This document shows positions 37,401 through 46,314 of a stretch of 64,000 bases of DNA, in pieces. The notes under the pieces were generated by a model, which was not told where the DNA came from, made no database searches, and saw only the letters and a program-made list of their open reading frames with translations. The first letter of the stretch is position 1, and each line of letters opens with the position of its first letter. The DNA comes from Candidatus Latescibacterota bacterium. Its GTDB lineage: Bacteria; Latescibacterota; UBA2968. The DNA lies in contig OZ242320.1 in assembly GCA_965208125.1 (NCBI GenBank), forward strand, positions 288,001-352,000, written 5' to 3'. The position numbers and the translations under genes were made by a program.

Positions 37401-38168
37401 TTAAAAATTGGTGGTCTTCACCCTTCTCACTTCACAGGCCGCTTCTCTATCTAAAATAAACGTACAATCCGAATGTGTCTGTAAAAAACTCGCAGGGCAG
37501 GCCGGATGTGGGACACCCTGAACAGCGCGGGCAATCGCTTTCGCCTTATCCTTACCTGTCGCCAAAAGAAGAATCCGCCTCGCCTCACAAATCGTGGCAA
37601 TCCCCGCAGTGAGCGCTTGTTTGGGCACATCTTCAACATGCTCGAAAAAGCGACTATTCGCCGCAATCGTACTCTCGGTCAAATCGACCAGACGGGTGCG
37701 AGAATCGGGCGCACTACCTGGCTCGTTGAAAGCAATATGTCCATTGCGACCAATGCCGAGCAACCACAAATCCACACCGCCACACGCCCGTATCCTGTTC
37801 TCAAAAGCCTCGCACTCGAGATCGGCATCCACTGCCATGCCATTGGGTACATGCGTATTCCACACTTGAATATCGGTACCCGCAAAAAACGTGTGATTCA
37901 TAAAATGGCGATAACTCTGCGGGTGCGTACCATCAAGCCCCCAGTACTCATCGAGATTAAAAGTAGTCAAACGCGAAAAACTCAGACCCTCCCGATTCAT
38001 CCGCACGAGTTCGGCATACGTTCTCACCGGCGTTGACCCCGTTGCCAAACCCAGCACTGCATCTGGCTTCTGGCGAATAAACGCGGCAATTTCCGATGCA
38101 GCGGCGCGGGCCACATCGTCGGGCGTATCGCAAATTTTCACTTGAATAGGCATAGAATCAGAAATCAC
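37401..38168 (-). CDS. nagB: Glucosamine-6-phosphate deaminase
   Basis: LGLATGSTP, TFNLDEY, LGIGRNGHIAFNEP, PASFLQ.H. Confidence 0.93.
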   Translation of the reverse strand: MISDSMPIQVKICDTPDDVARAAASEIAAFIRQKPDAVLGLATGSTPVRTYAELVRMNREGLSFSRLTTFNLDEYWGLDGTHPQSYRHFMNHTFFAGTDIQVWNTHVPNGMAVDADLECEAFENRIRACGGVDLWLLGIGRNGHIAFNEPGSAPDSRTRLVDLTESTIAANSRFFEHVEDVPKQALTAGIATICEARRILLLATGKDKAKAIARAVQGVPHPACPASFLQTHSDCTFILDREAACEVRRVKTTNF

Positions 38169-39709
38169 GCTCGGCGCAGCACCTGGCCGGGCAACGCACC
38201 TGTGGGTTCCCCATTGGCAATGACGGACTGGCCATTGACAAAAACGTGCGAAATACCGACTGGCGGCAGCGTGGGATTTTCAAAAGTAGATCTCGCAGCC
38301 ACCGTATCGGGATCAAAAATAACGAGATCCGCGGCTTTGCCCACAGCGAGTTCGCCCCGATCGGGGATATTGAAACGCTGTGCGGGAAAACCGCTCATCT
38401 TGTAGATCGCTTCCTCAAAAGTCAACAACTCGCGCTCGCGCACAAAATGACCCAGCACGCGCGCAAAACACCCAAAACCCCGCGGATGCGGATGCGGAAT
38501 ATTAAAAATACCATCACTGGCAATCATCATACGCGGATGAATAGCTGTGCGCGTCACAGTCTGCTCAGCGACTTCGGGATCAACCTGCCACGGAAAAATA
38601 ACAGCATGATCTTCGCGCTCCCGAAGCATCAGATCGTAGGCAAAATCTTCGACAGATATATTTGCCTGCGCCGCGAGATCGCACAGGCGTTCTCCCGTGT
38701 ATTTGCCCGAGCCAGTGTAACCCACGATTTGATCGCCGCGCCCGAGCCAGGTCTTGAGTTCGACGACGGACTCGGCGCGAATCCCCGGGTCTTCAAGACG
38801 CGCATTGACCTCATCCGGGCTACCGACCTGAAATTTCATAGGCAACATCATGTACAAATGCGTCATCCCGGCTGGATAGAGATAAGACTCAAAAGTCAGA
38901 TCGATATCTTCGCGCTCGATTCTCTCCAGCAAATCGGCATTCTCGTCGTTGACCCGCTCGTGCGAGATGTGAACCGGGATATTTGCAGCGCGGAAAAGAG
39001 CGATCGTCTCTTCCCATGCGGCAACGCGCCCAATCGTGTGATAGCGCACATGAGCCGCGTAAATACCCCCGTATTCCGCTGCGACTTTGCAAAGCGCAAC
39101 AAGCTCCCGAAAATCCGCATTGGCACTCGGCTGATAATCGAGACCCAGATTGAGCGCGCCGGCCCCCGCCTCCATCCATTGGCGCGTGAGATCCGACATC
39201 TGTGCAATCTCATCATCTGTTGCCGATCGCGCATCCCACCCACATGCAGACAGGCGAACCGCACAATGGGGGACTTGCGGATACACATTTGCCGCGCTGT
39301 TATTGGGAAAGAGACACAGATAATCCTCAGGCGTTTGCCAGCCAATCGGAATATCGACCTCGCCAACGGAAAAGCGCGTATATGTCCACAATTCGCGCGT
39401 GCGCTCGGGCGACAGCCCCGTCCACCCAAACCCATCGGGCGTCAGAAGTTGCGTGGTAATACCCTGCTGCACTTCCGCATAGCGATGAACACCCGTGAGA
39501 AGCGCAATTTCCGAATGAACATGCACATCGATAAAACCGGGACAGACAATATGTCCCGTCGCATCAATAACCGTATCGGCCTCTGCCTGAGACAAATCGC
39601 CAATGGCCTCAATGCGATCTCTGCAAATGCCAACATCCGTCTGAAAACCGGGCGTTCGCCCTGTACCGTCAATTACTGTGCCATTGCAAATGAGCAGATC
39701 AAAAACCAT
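38165..39709 (-). CDS. N-acyl-D-amino-acid deacylase family amidohydrolase
   Basis: CPGFIDVHVHS, YAAHVR, HISH, ASDG, HPRGFGCFARVL. Confidence 0.88.
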   Translation of the reverse strand: MVFDLLICNGTVIDGTGRTPGFQTDVGICRDRIEAIGDLSQAEADTVIDATGHIVCPGFIDVHVHSEIALLTGVHRYAEVQQGITTQLLTPDGFGWTGLSPERTRELWTYTRFSVGEVDIPIGWQTPEDYLCLFPNNSAANVYPQVPHCAVRLSACGWDARSATDDEIAQMSDLTRQWMEAGAGALNLGLDYQPSANADFRELVALCKVAAEYGGIYAAHVRYHTIGRVAAWEETIALFRAANIPVHISHERVNDENADLLERIEREDIDLTFESYLYPAGMTHLYMMLPMKFQVGSPDEVNARLEDPGIRAESVVELKTWLGRGDQIVGYTGSGKYTGERLCDLAAQANISVEDFAYDLMLREREDHAVIFPWQVDPEVAEQTVTRTAIHPRMMIASDGIFNIPHPHPRGFGCFARVLGHFVRERELLTFEEAIYKMSGFPAQRFNIPDRGELAVGKAADLVIFDPDTVAARSTFENPTLPPVGISHVFVNGQSVIANGEPTGALPGQVLRRA

Positions 39710-39712
39710 TTT

Positions 39713-41641
39713 CTACCACCTGTTGAGTTTGTGGCCATTGCCCGGGAAAAAAAGCGCATCTACAACAACGCCCAATGCAATACCGGCAATTTGACCAGCG
39801 AGCATCCCCAGAAACAAAGGCGCAATTTTGCGATAGTATTCAAGACCGCCAAATTTGAGCACGAGCGTTTTGATCGCCCAGCTAAAGAAAATAGAAAAAA
39901 AGCTACTCCGCAAGACACCCGACGATGAAATCGTGAACCCAATCGGATGAATTGGAAAATGGGGAAAGCGATAGCGAATATAGAGCAAAATACCTGTAAA
40001 AACGGCACCAATACCCAAAAAACGCACGCGATTCCAGTCCGTACTCATCGTCCCTGCGTGTACGCGGTTGGCGGTATAAGTCCACGAACCCACGGCACCG
40101 TCACCAGACCCATTAAAACTAACCACCCCAAAATTATAGCTGCCAATACCGTAATAGCCCTGATATAGGGTAAAAGCAATAACAGTGGTCGCGCCGATCA
40201 AGGCACCAGCTGCAATCGCGGGAACAAAAGCGCGGCGGCGTTCGGCGGGCACAACCGCGGCCAGACGCGGGACATGTGCAAGCGTTGTAATCGCAAATGT
40301 CTTGGCATCGCAAAAAAATGTATAAGTCAACCCCAGGGCAACAGCACTCGGCGCCCCCATACCCGCAATACCCAGCACATGCCAGGTAAATGCCTGAGCG
40401 GTAATAGGACCGCGTAAAAAAACCAGACCGCTTTCGGCAATAATATGCGAAAGACCGAGATAGAGAATCAGCGTAGCACCCCAAAAGGTGAGTAAAGTAA
40501 GGGCATTCATACCCGATTGCACGAGAAAAAAGATCGTGTACACACTACACAAGATCAAAATAATAAATGCCGTGCGATAGGACAAAAGTTCTCCCGCATC
40601 ATCTATTTGTGCATTGCGAGACCAGACTTTGCGCCATACATTGCGCAAATGTGCGCGCGCCATCCACAGCCTCCATAGAACGAGAATAATAAAACCGCCA
40701 AAACTCTGCCACCCAATCGCCGGGGCCATAGAACACCACATATCGGAACCGCCAAAATCCAATCCAAAACGATTAAAAATACCAACCTGAAGAATGGCGA
40801 GCAGGTGAAAAAACCAGATGCTGTACAACACATCTGATTTCGTGAAATAGGCAAATGCAATAGTCATCGGCTGAAAGAGAAACCACAGTGGAGGAAAACC
40901 GCGTCCGATGGGGATATTGATCTGCCTCATAACATCCAGACGGGGCAAAGCCGTAATGAACCATGAAGCGACATTCCAGCAAAAAACGCCAAAAATGAGT
41001 GCAAATCCAATCTGAAAAAAGCGCGAGCGAACAAGGTTGGCAAACGCATCTTTTGAATCATCCGTACCAGTCAGTTCGAGAAGTGCCGTGGCAATGGGAA
41101 AAGAGAGCCGTTCGTGCTCCATCCATTGTTTGCGTAAAAGAATAACCACACAGAAATTGGCGAGAAATACAGCACCCAGAAAAAGGACCCAGCCGGGAAA
41201 AAGTGCGATCCACGCATCCCAGGGAAAAGGGGCGCCGGGCGGTAGCCCTTCGTAAAACCCCGTAGCCGCAGCGCGGTCTGTCAGCACATTCCACTCGGTA
41301 AAATGTGGCCACAGCCTTTCATCCCACATATTCTGCGTTGAAGCAAAATAAATAGGCGCAGTAACAACACCGAGAAAATAACCCGAAAGCCACTCGCCTT
41401 GCATATTGGCAGCCACCATGCCAATGCTACATATCGCGATAAGTTCAAAGAATGAGAGACCCCTGAACCTGCGCGAAAAAAAATGGTTGAAAGCAAGCAA
41501 CGCCAAAAAGGGAATGAGAAAAGCCACAGACAAATGGGCAAAATCCGCGCGAGAAGAACGCAGAATCAGGCTACTATACGCAGGCCAAAAATTCACCCAA
41601 ACAGATAGGCAAAGGCCGATAATGATCGCGCGAATGGTCAT
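39713..41641 (-). CDS. DUF6785/DUF6784-type multi-TM putative transporter
   Basis: TIRAIIIG, LRKQWMEHERLSFPI, FPIHPIGF, PLFLGML; ends FFPGNGH like its paralog. Confidence 0.75.
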   Translation of the reverse strand: MTIRAIIIGLCLSVWVNFWPAYSSLILRSSRADFAHLSVAFLIPFLALLAFNHFFSRRFRGLSFFELIAICSIGMVAANMQGEWLSGYFLGVVTAPIYFASTQNMWDERLWPHFTEWNVLTDRAAATGFYEGLPPGAPFPWDAWIALFPGWVLFLGAVFLANFCVVILLRKQWMEHERLSFPIATALLELTGTDDSKDAFANLVRSRFFQIGFALIFGVFCWNVASWFITALPRLDVMRQINIPIGRGFPPLWFLFQPMTIAFAYFTKSDVLYSIWFFHLLAILQVGIFNRFGLDFGGSDMWCSMAPAIGWQSFGGFIILVLWRLWMARAHLRNVWRKVWSRNAQIDDAGELLSYRTAFIILILCSVYTIFFLVQSGMNALTLLTFWGATLILYLGLSHIIAESGLVFLRGPITAQAFTWHVLGIAGMGAPSAVALGLTYTFFCDAKTFAITTLAHVPRLAAVVPAERRRAFVPAIAAGALIGATTVIAFTLYQGYYGIGSYNFGVVSFNGSGDGAVGSWTYTANRVHAGTMSTDWNRVRFLGIGAVFTGILLYIRYRFPHFPIHPIGFTISSSGVLRSSFFSIFFSWAIKTLVLKFGGLEYYRKIAPLFLGMLAGQIAGIALGVVVDALFFPGNGHKLNRW

Positions 41642-41680
41642 GGGGCACCGAAATATGAAAAACAAAAAAAATGGGCGTCT

Positions 41681-41709
41681 ATGATAACACCGAGAACCGT
41701 CTCGGTCAA
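41681..41709 (-). promoter_or_regulatory. Sigma70-type promoter with a palindrome in the spacer
   Basis: TTGACC-17 nt-TATCAT on the minus strand; ACCGAGA-N4-TCTCGGT at 41689-41706. Confidence 0.6.
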
Positions 41710-41742
41710 GCTACGTACTATTATTATTCCCGTTCCGACATC

Positions 41743-41771
41743 TTGACATGGGAGAAATGGCGACTTATCAT
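41743..41771 (+). promoter_or_regulatory. Sigma70-type promoter
   Basis: TTGACA (41743-41748)-17 nt-TATCAT (41766-41771). Confidence 0.7.
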
Positions 41772-41818
41772 GAGCGTCCCATCATTCATAGAGTATTACA
41801 CATAGCCGAGGCTTATTT

Positions 41819-42598
41819 ATGCGACAGAATATTTCGGGCATCCTGGAAGAAATGACCATTGACGATGTGCGATTACTCGCGCCCAATGTGGCGGTCATCC
41901 CCATAGGCTCCACCGAACCGCACGGACCTGCATTGCCCTATGGAACGGACAACTTTCAGGTCGAATACGTCGCTTATGGAAGCACGCGCAAAGCCAATGA
42001 ATTGGGTGGGCGCGTCCTGTGTTTGCCCACACAGCGGGTGAGCTTAAACAACAACTTCCGCGCTTTCCCATTCGCGTGCCGCATGCAAGTCCCCACATTT
42101 ATGACTCTATTGAAAGACCTCGTGGCAATGTGCCGCGCGGAAAATGTACACCGCATAGTATTCATCAATGGTCACGGCGGCAACCCCGACGCCATCCGCG
42201 CAACACAGCGCGATTTAGCCGCGCAAGACGGACTCTTCACATGCTTGATCAGCACGGGATCCTGTGCATCGGAAGACGCAAAAGCCATATGGGAAAATCG
42301 CAGCGATCACGCAGGCGAAGAAGAAACCTCCCAAATCCTGTTCTTGCGCCCCGAACTCGTTCGCGAAAATCTGATAGCCAACAACCCTCCCCAATATCCC
42401 AAATTGAAAACACTACGGGAATTTAGCATAGACTTTGTGCGCCCCTGGCATTTGTATTTGCCCACATCCGCTGGCGGAGATGCGCGAAAAGCCTCAGCGC
42501 AAAAAGGTGAGACCGTCTTAAACTCAGCCATAGAAGGAACCGGTCAATTCCTATCTGAACTATCACAGGCAGAGGACTCAGAGACGTTTCCTTATTGA
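41819..42598 (+). CDS. Creatininase family protein
   Basis: IPIGSTEPHGPALPYGTD, NGHGGN, DHAGEEETS. Confidence 0.92.
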   Translation: MRQNISGILEEMTIDDVRLLAPNVAVIPIGSTEPHGPALPYGTDNFQVEYVAYGSTRKANELGGRVLCLPTQRVSLNNNFRAFPFACRMQVPTFMTLLKDLVAMCRAENVHRIVFINGHGGNPDAIRATQRDLAAQDGLFTCLISTGSCASEDAKAIWENRSDHAGEEETSQILFLRPELVRENLIANNPPQYPKLKTLREFSIDFVRPWHLYLPTSAGGDARKASAQKGETVLNSAIEGTGQFLSELSQAEDSETFPY

Positions 42599-42610
42599 AA
42601 GGACTACAGC

Positions 42611-43699
42611 ATGATCACCTACGACACACTCGGCGTAAAACCATTTATCAATGCGAGTGGCACCATTACCACACTGGGCGGCAGCTTAATGCCAGATGAA
42701 GTGCTGGAAGCGATGTGCATAGCGGGAGGATCATTTGTCGATTTGAATGACCTGCTCGTAAAAGCAGGCGAATATCTGGCAGACCGCATTGGCGTACCTG
42801 CGGCCTTTATCTCTTGTGGCGCAGCCAGCGGTGTACAATTGTCCGCTGCGGCGTGTTTAACGGGACCTGACATAGCAAAAGCGCGCCAATTGCCGCATAC
42901 ACAGGGATGGCAAAACGAATTTGTAATCAGCCTGGTCGATAGCCATACGTACATCCATCAGGGCATTGAAGTCTGTGGAGGCAAACTCGTACGAGTAGGC
43001 AGCAAACAGGCGGTAACCAGCGAAGATCTCATTGGCGGAATCGGCGAAAAAACAGCGGCTGTGGTGCATTTTTTGGGCAAACAGAGCAAAGAACAGCTCG
43101 CAGAAATCATCGCAGGCGCCCAAAAAAAAGGCGTGCCCGTCATGGTAGATGCGGCTGCGCAGTTACCTCCCCGTTCAAACTTAACCGAATTCGTCGAAAT
43201 GGGTGCAAGCCTGGTGACATTCAGCGGAGGCAAAGGATTGTGCGGACCTCAAAACAGCGGTCTGGTCGTGGGAAAAGCGGATTATGTAGAAGCCGTGCGG
43301 ATCAACGCGAGTCCACATTCGGCAATTGGACGCGGCATGAAAGTCGGCAAAGAAGAAATCCTGGGATTAATCGCGGCTGTAGATCTATTTTTGAGCCGAA
43401 GCGATGATGAAGACCGCCAGCGCTGGCACGGACAAGCTCGCATAGTGGTAGATGCAGTCAAAAACATCGCAAACGCCTATGTGATGACCGAAGGACAGGA
43501 CGCCGCGCCCGAATTCGCGCCCCGCGCATACATAGACCTGCCGGAAGAACAGCGCGATGCCGTAATCCACGCATTGAAAGAGGGCGATCCGTCAATTGTC
43601 GTGCGGCGAAGTCCCAGAGGTATTTTGATCGACCCCATGACCATGCAAATGGGTGAAGAAGCCATAGTCGCAGAAAAATTGCTGGAGGTATTGACATGA
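42611..43699 (+). CDS. SelA-like PLP enzyme (DgaE-type, not a bona fide SelA)
   Basis: INASGTITTLGGS, MVDAAAQ, FSGGKGLCGPQ, IGRGMKVGKEE; only 362 aa. Confidence 0.8.
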   Translation: MITYDTLGVKPFINASGTITTLGGSLMPDEVLEAMCIAGGSFVDLNDLLVKAGEYLADRIGVPAAFISCGAASGVQLSAAACLTGPDIAKARQLPHTQGWQNEFVISLVDSHTYIHQGIEVCGGKLVRVGSKQAVTSEDLIGGIGEKTAAVVHFLGKQSKEQLAEIIAGAQKKGVPVMVDAAAQLPPRSNLTEFVEMGASLVTFSGGKGLCGPQNSGLVVGKADYVEAVRINASPHSAIGRGMKVGKEEILGLIAAVDLFLSRSDDEDRQRWHGQARIVVDAVKNIANAYVMTEGQDAAPEFAPRAYIDLPEEQRDAVIHALKEGDPSIVVRRSPRGILIDPMTMQMGEEAIVAEKLLEVLT

Positions 43700-44523
43700 T
43701 CGACGCGCATTTACACCTCACGCACAACGGCAGATCGGTTGAAGAAACCATCACACATATCGAAGCCATCGGCGCGGAAAAAGCCGTAATGCTACCCATT
43801 GAAGATGGCGACGACGAATTTGGCTGGATGACCGAAGACATAGTAAAGGCGCATCGGGATTATCCGGACACCATCATACCCTTCTGCCATGTAGATGTCA
43901 CGCGGAAAGACGCCGTACCCGAACTGGAAAAACGCGCCGCCAGCGGCATATTTAAGGGCTATGGCGAACAAAAACAGCACCTGCGATTGGACGATCCGCG
44001 ATTGGAAAAAGTACTGGCAGTCTGCAATGAATTGAACTGGCCCGTAACCTGGCATTTTCAAGAAGGCGAGCGGGGATATAACCAGGGAATTGAACACCTC
44101 GAAGTACTACTAAAAAAATTTCCCAATATTAAGTTCATCGGCCATGCCCAATCGTGGTGGGCGCATATCAGCGCCGACGTACCCGCTCCCGAAGAGACCC
44201 TGTATCCCAAGGGCGCGGTCAAACCCGGCGGCTTAATAGATCGGCTATTGGCAGACTACCCCAATATGTTTGCCGATTTATCCGCGGGTTCGGGTCTGGG
44301 CGGACTGATGCGAGACGAGGACTTTACCGCGGGATTCCTGGCGCGGCATGGCAAAAAATTGATGTTTGCCACGGACTGCCCGTGCAGAGATGGCAAAGGT
44401 GCGAGCCTCTCCCGCGGCGCGTGTTTCGCGCAATTGAGCCTGCCATTCCTCAAACGCATGCTCGCCCCCGACGCACTGGAGTATATCTTGCACAACAATG
44501 CAGTGATGATTTTAAATCTGTGA
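43696..44523 (+). CDS. Amidohydrolase_2 family protein
   Basis: IDAHLH, GYGEQK, IGHAQ, ADLSAGSG, FATD. Confidence 0.85.
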   Translation: MIDAHLHLTHNGRSVEETITHIEAIGAEKAVMLPIEDGDDEFGWMTEDIVKAHRDYPDTIIPFCHVDVTRKDAVPELEKRAASGIFKGYGEQKQHLRLDDPRLEKVLAVCNELNWPVTWHFQEGERGYNQGIEHLEVLLKKFPNIKFIGHAQSWWAHISADVPAPEETLYPKGAVKPGGLIDRLLADYPNMFADLSAGSGLGGLMRDEDFTAGFLARHGKKLMFATDCPCRDGKGASLSRGACFAQLSLPFLKRMLAPDALEYILHNNAVMILNL

Positions 44524-45458
44524 AGACTATCATACAGGGGCGTGGTTTGAAAAAAGTTTATGTATTGTTGACAATGGACTGCGAGACGGCCAGATTCGAC
44601 GTGACCCCCCATGCCAGGCGAATGTCGGGTAGTGGCCCTGCGGATTATCGGGAGAGTGAACGATCGATCTATTTTTACGTTGAGACAGCAAAGGCTTATG
44701 GGTTTCCGGTCACGCTTTTTGCGCACCCGGAGGTAGCCCTTGAGAACGCAGATCTGCTTCAAACGCTGCAGGATCAGGGCGCGTGTTTGGGGCTGCATTT
44801 GCATCCATACAAGCTCAGAGGGGGGAGATACAAATACGATCTGGGCGCGTATTCTCCACGTACACAGCGCGAGATTATTCAAGAGGCAATGCAGGTATGG
44901 ACGTCTGCGCTGGGCAAGGCCCCCAGTTATTTCAGGGCTGGTTATTTTTCGGCCAATGATTGCACATTCGGCGTGCTGCGCGAACTGGGATTTGTGGGTG
45001 GCAGTCTTTCAAATCCAGGGCGGGTTTTGCCCGCGCACTGCAGTGTTTGGGCCGGTGCAGAACCCTATCCCCACCGGGCGCATCTGGGATTTCGTTTGAT
45101 TCGAGGAAATAGCGACTTTATCAATGTACCGGTATCCGCAGCATTTGGCAGACCGGTTGCACAGGGCCATGCGGGCGAGCAGGGTTATGAGTGGTCCTAT
45201 ATCCCGCACACATACGACCACAGGGCGATTATTCGGGATGTACTGAATCGTTTCCGGACCGAAGGTCCCCTGTTTGGCACCCTTGTGACGGACAGCCATA
45301 ATGATCAGGATTATTCCGACCCCGGACATCCCGCAAGGCAGAACCTGGAATTGATACTCAGAACGATTGGGGATTTCTGCGAGCAAATGGAGATGATCCC
45401 CGTGGGGATTACGCTCGATGCCCTGTGTGAGCTTGTTCTGACGGATGGAGACGCGTAG
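44520..45458 (+). CDS. Polysaccharide deacetylase-like (NodB fold) protein
   Basis: LLTMDCE, VTLFAHP, LGLHLHP, FRAGYFS; start is GTG 44520 (GTGA overlap) or TTG 44547. Confidence 0.7.
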   Translation: MKTIIQGRGLKKVYVLLTMDCETARFDVTPHARRMSGSGPADYRESERSIYFYVETAKAYGFPVTLFAHPEVALENADLLQTLQDQGACLGLHLHPYKLRGGRYKYDLGAYSPRTQREIIQEAMQVWTSALGKAPSYFRAGYFSANDCTFGVLRELGFVGGSLSNPGRVLPAHCSVWAGAEPYPHRAHLGFRLIRGNSDFINVPVSAAFGRPVAQGHAGEQGYEWSYIPHTYDHRAIIRDVLNRFRTEGPLFGTLVTDSHNDQDYSDPGHPARQNLELILRTIGDFCEQMEMIPVGITLDALCELVLTDGDA

Positions 45459-45482
45459 TATGCTATTGAACAGGAGAAACCC

Positions 45483-46301
45483 GTGCGAATCGATTCTCAC
45501 GTACACGTATGGACAATGGGGGCACCGCCGTTTACCCATAACGATGGCATGACCACGCAACGGCCCGATTATCCAGGGCTGGTGGAAAATCTCATCAAGT
45601 ACATGGATCTCAATAAAATCGACCGCACCGTGCTGATCCAGTGCATGTATCACGGATATGACAATCGCTATATGTGCGATTGTTTGAGGCGATTTCCAGA
45701 TCGCCTGCACGGGGTGGCGCTGATCGATCCTCTGGAACCCGACGCGCCCGAAACACTGGCGAGTCTGCACCGGGATCACGGGGTGCAGGGGATGCGATTG
45801 TATCCGATTAAAGACCGGGATGCGTCGTGGTTGTCAGGCCCTGAGCAGCATGCGCTTTGGGAGACGGCACAAAGGCTGAGCGTGCCATTTACATGGTTTG
45901 GACGCTGCCATCAGATTCCACTGCTGGAGCCGATGTTGCAGCAATTCCCCGAGGTAAATGTAATAGTAGATCATCTGGGCGAGCCGATCCTGTCCGAAGG
46001 ACTGAACGGCAGTTTCGGGATCTTGCTGGCAGCGGCAAAATATCCCAATCTTTTTGTTAAAGCGACCCGGATTGATGGGATTTCCGAGCAACCCTGGCCA
46101 CACGAAGATGTGTATCCCTATGTCAGAGCCGTGTACGAGGCTTTTGGGCCTGAACAGATGCTGGGGTGCACGGGATTTCCGGAAAATCCGCAGCGCGGAG
46201 AGGCAGTTGGTTTTCGCGTGCTTGAAGAGATGGACTTTCTGTCAGATGAGGACAGAGCATGGATTTTGGGCAAGACAGCCGATACACTCTACGACACATA
46301 G
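45483..46301 (+). CDS. Amidohydrolase_2 family (lactonase-like)
   Basis: IDSHVHVW, YDNRY, IVDHLG, AFGPEQ. Confidence 0.85.
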   Translation: MRIDSHVHVWTMGAPPFTHNDGMTTQRPDYPGLVENLIKYMDLNKIDRTVLIQCMYHGYDNRYMCDCLRRFPDRLHGVALIDPLEPDAPETLASLHRDHGVQGMRLYPIKDRDASWLSGPEQHALWETAQRLSVPFTWFGRCHQIPLLEPMLQQFPEVNVIVDHLGEPILSEGLNGSFGILLAAAKYPNLFVKATRIDGISEQPWPHEDVYPYVRAVYEAFGPEQMLGCTGFPENPQRGEAVGFRVLEEMDFLSDEDRAWILGKTADTLYDT

Positions 46302-46314
46302 GGAAAAGACCGAC

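Noticed and set aside
38246-39928. Long antisense or alternate-frame ORFs (e.g. 38246..39928, 33657..34844, 32052..33269, 6982..8013)
   Set aside because: They are shadows of well-supported genes caused by codon bias and show no recognisable motifs.
42611-43699. SelA-like gene as the Sec synthase for the Sec-ArsC
   Set aside because: It is short (362 aa), has a DgaE-type GRGMKVGKE motif and catabolic neighbours, and no selB is adjacent, so it is not evidence of Sec machinery.
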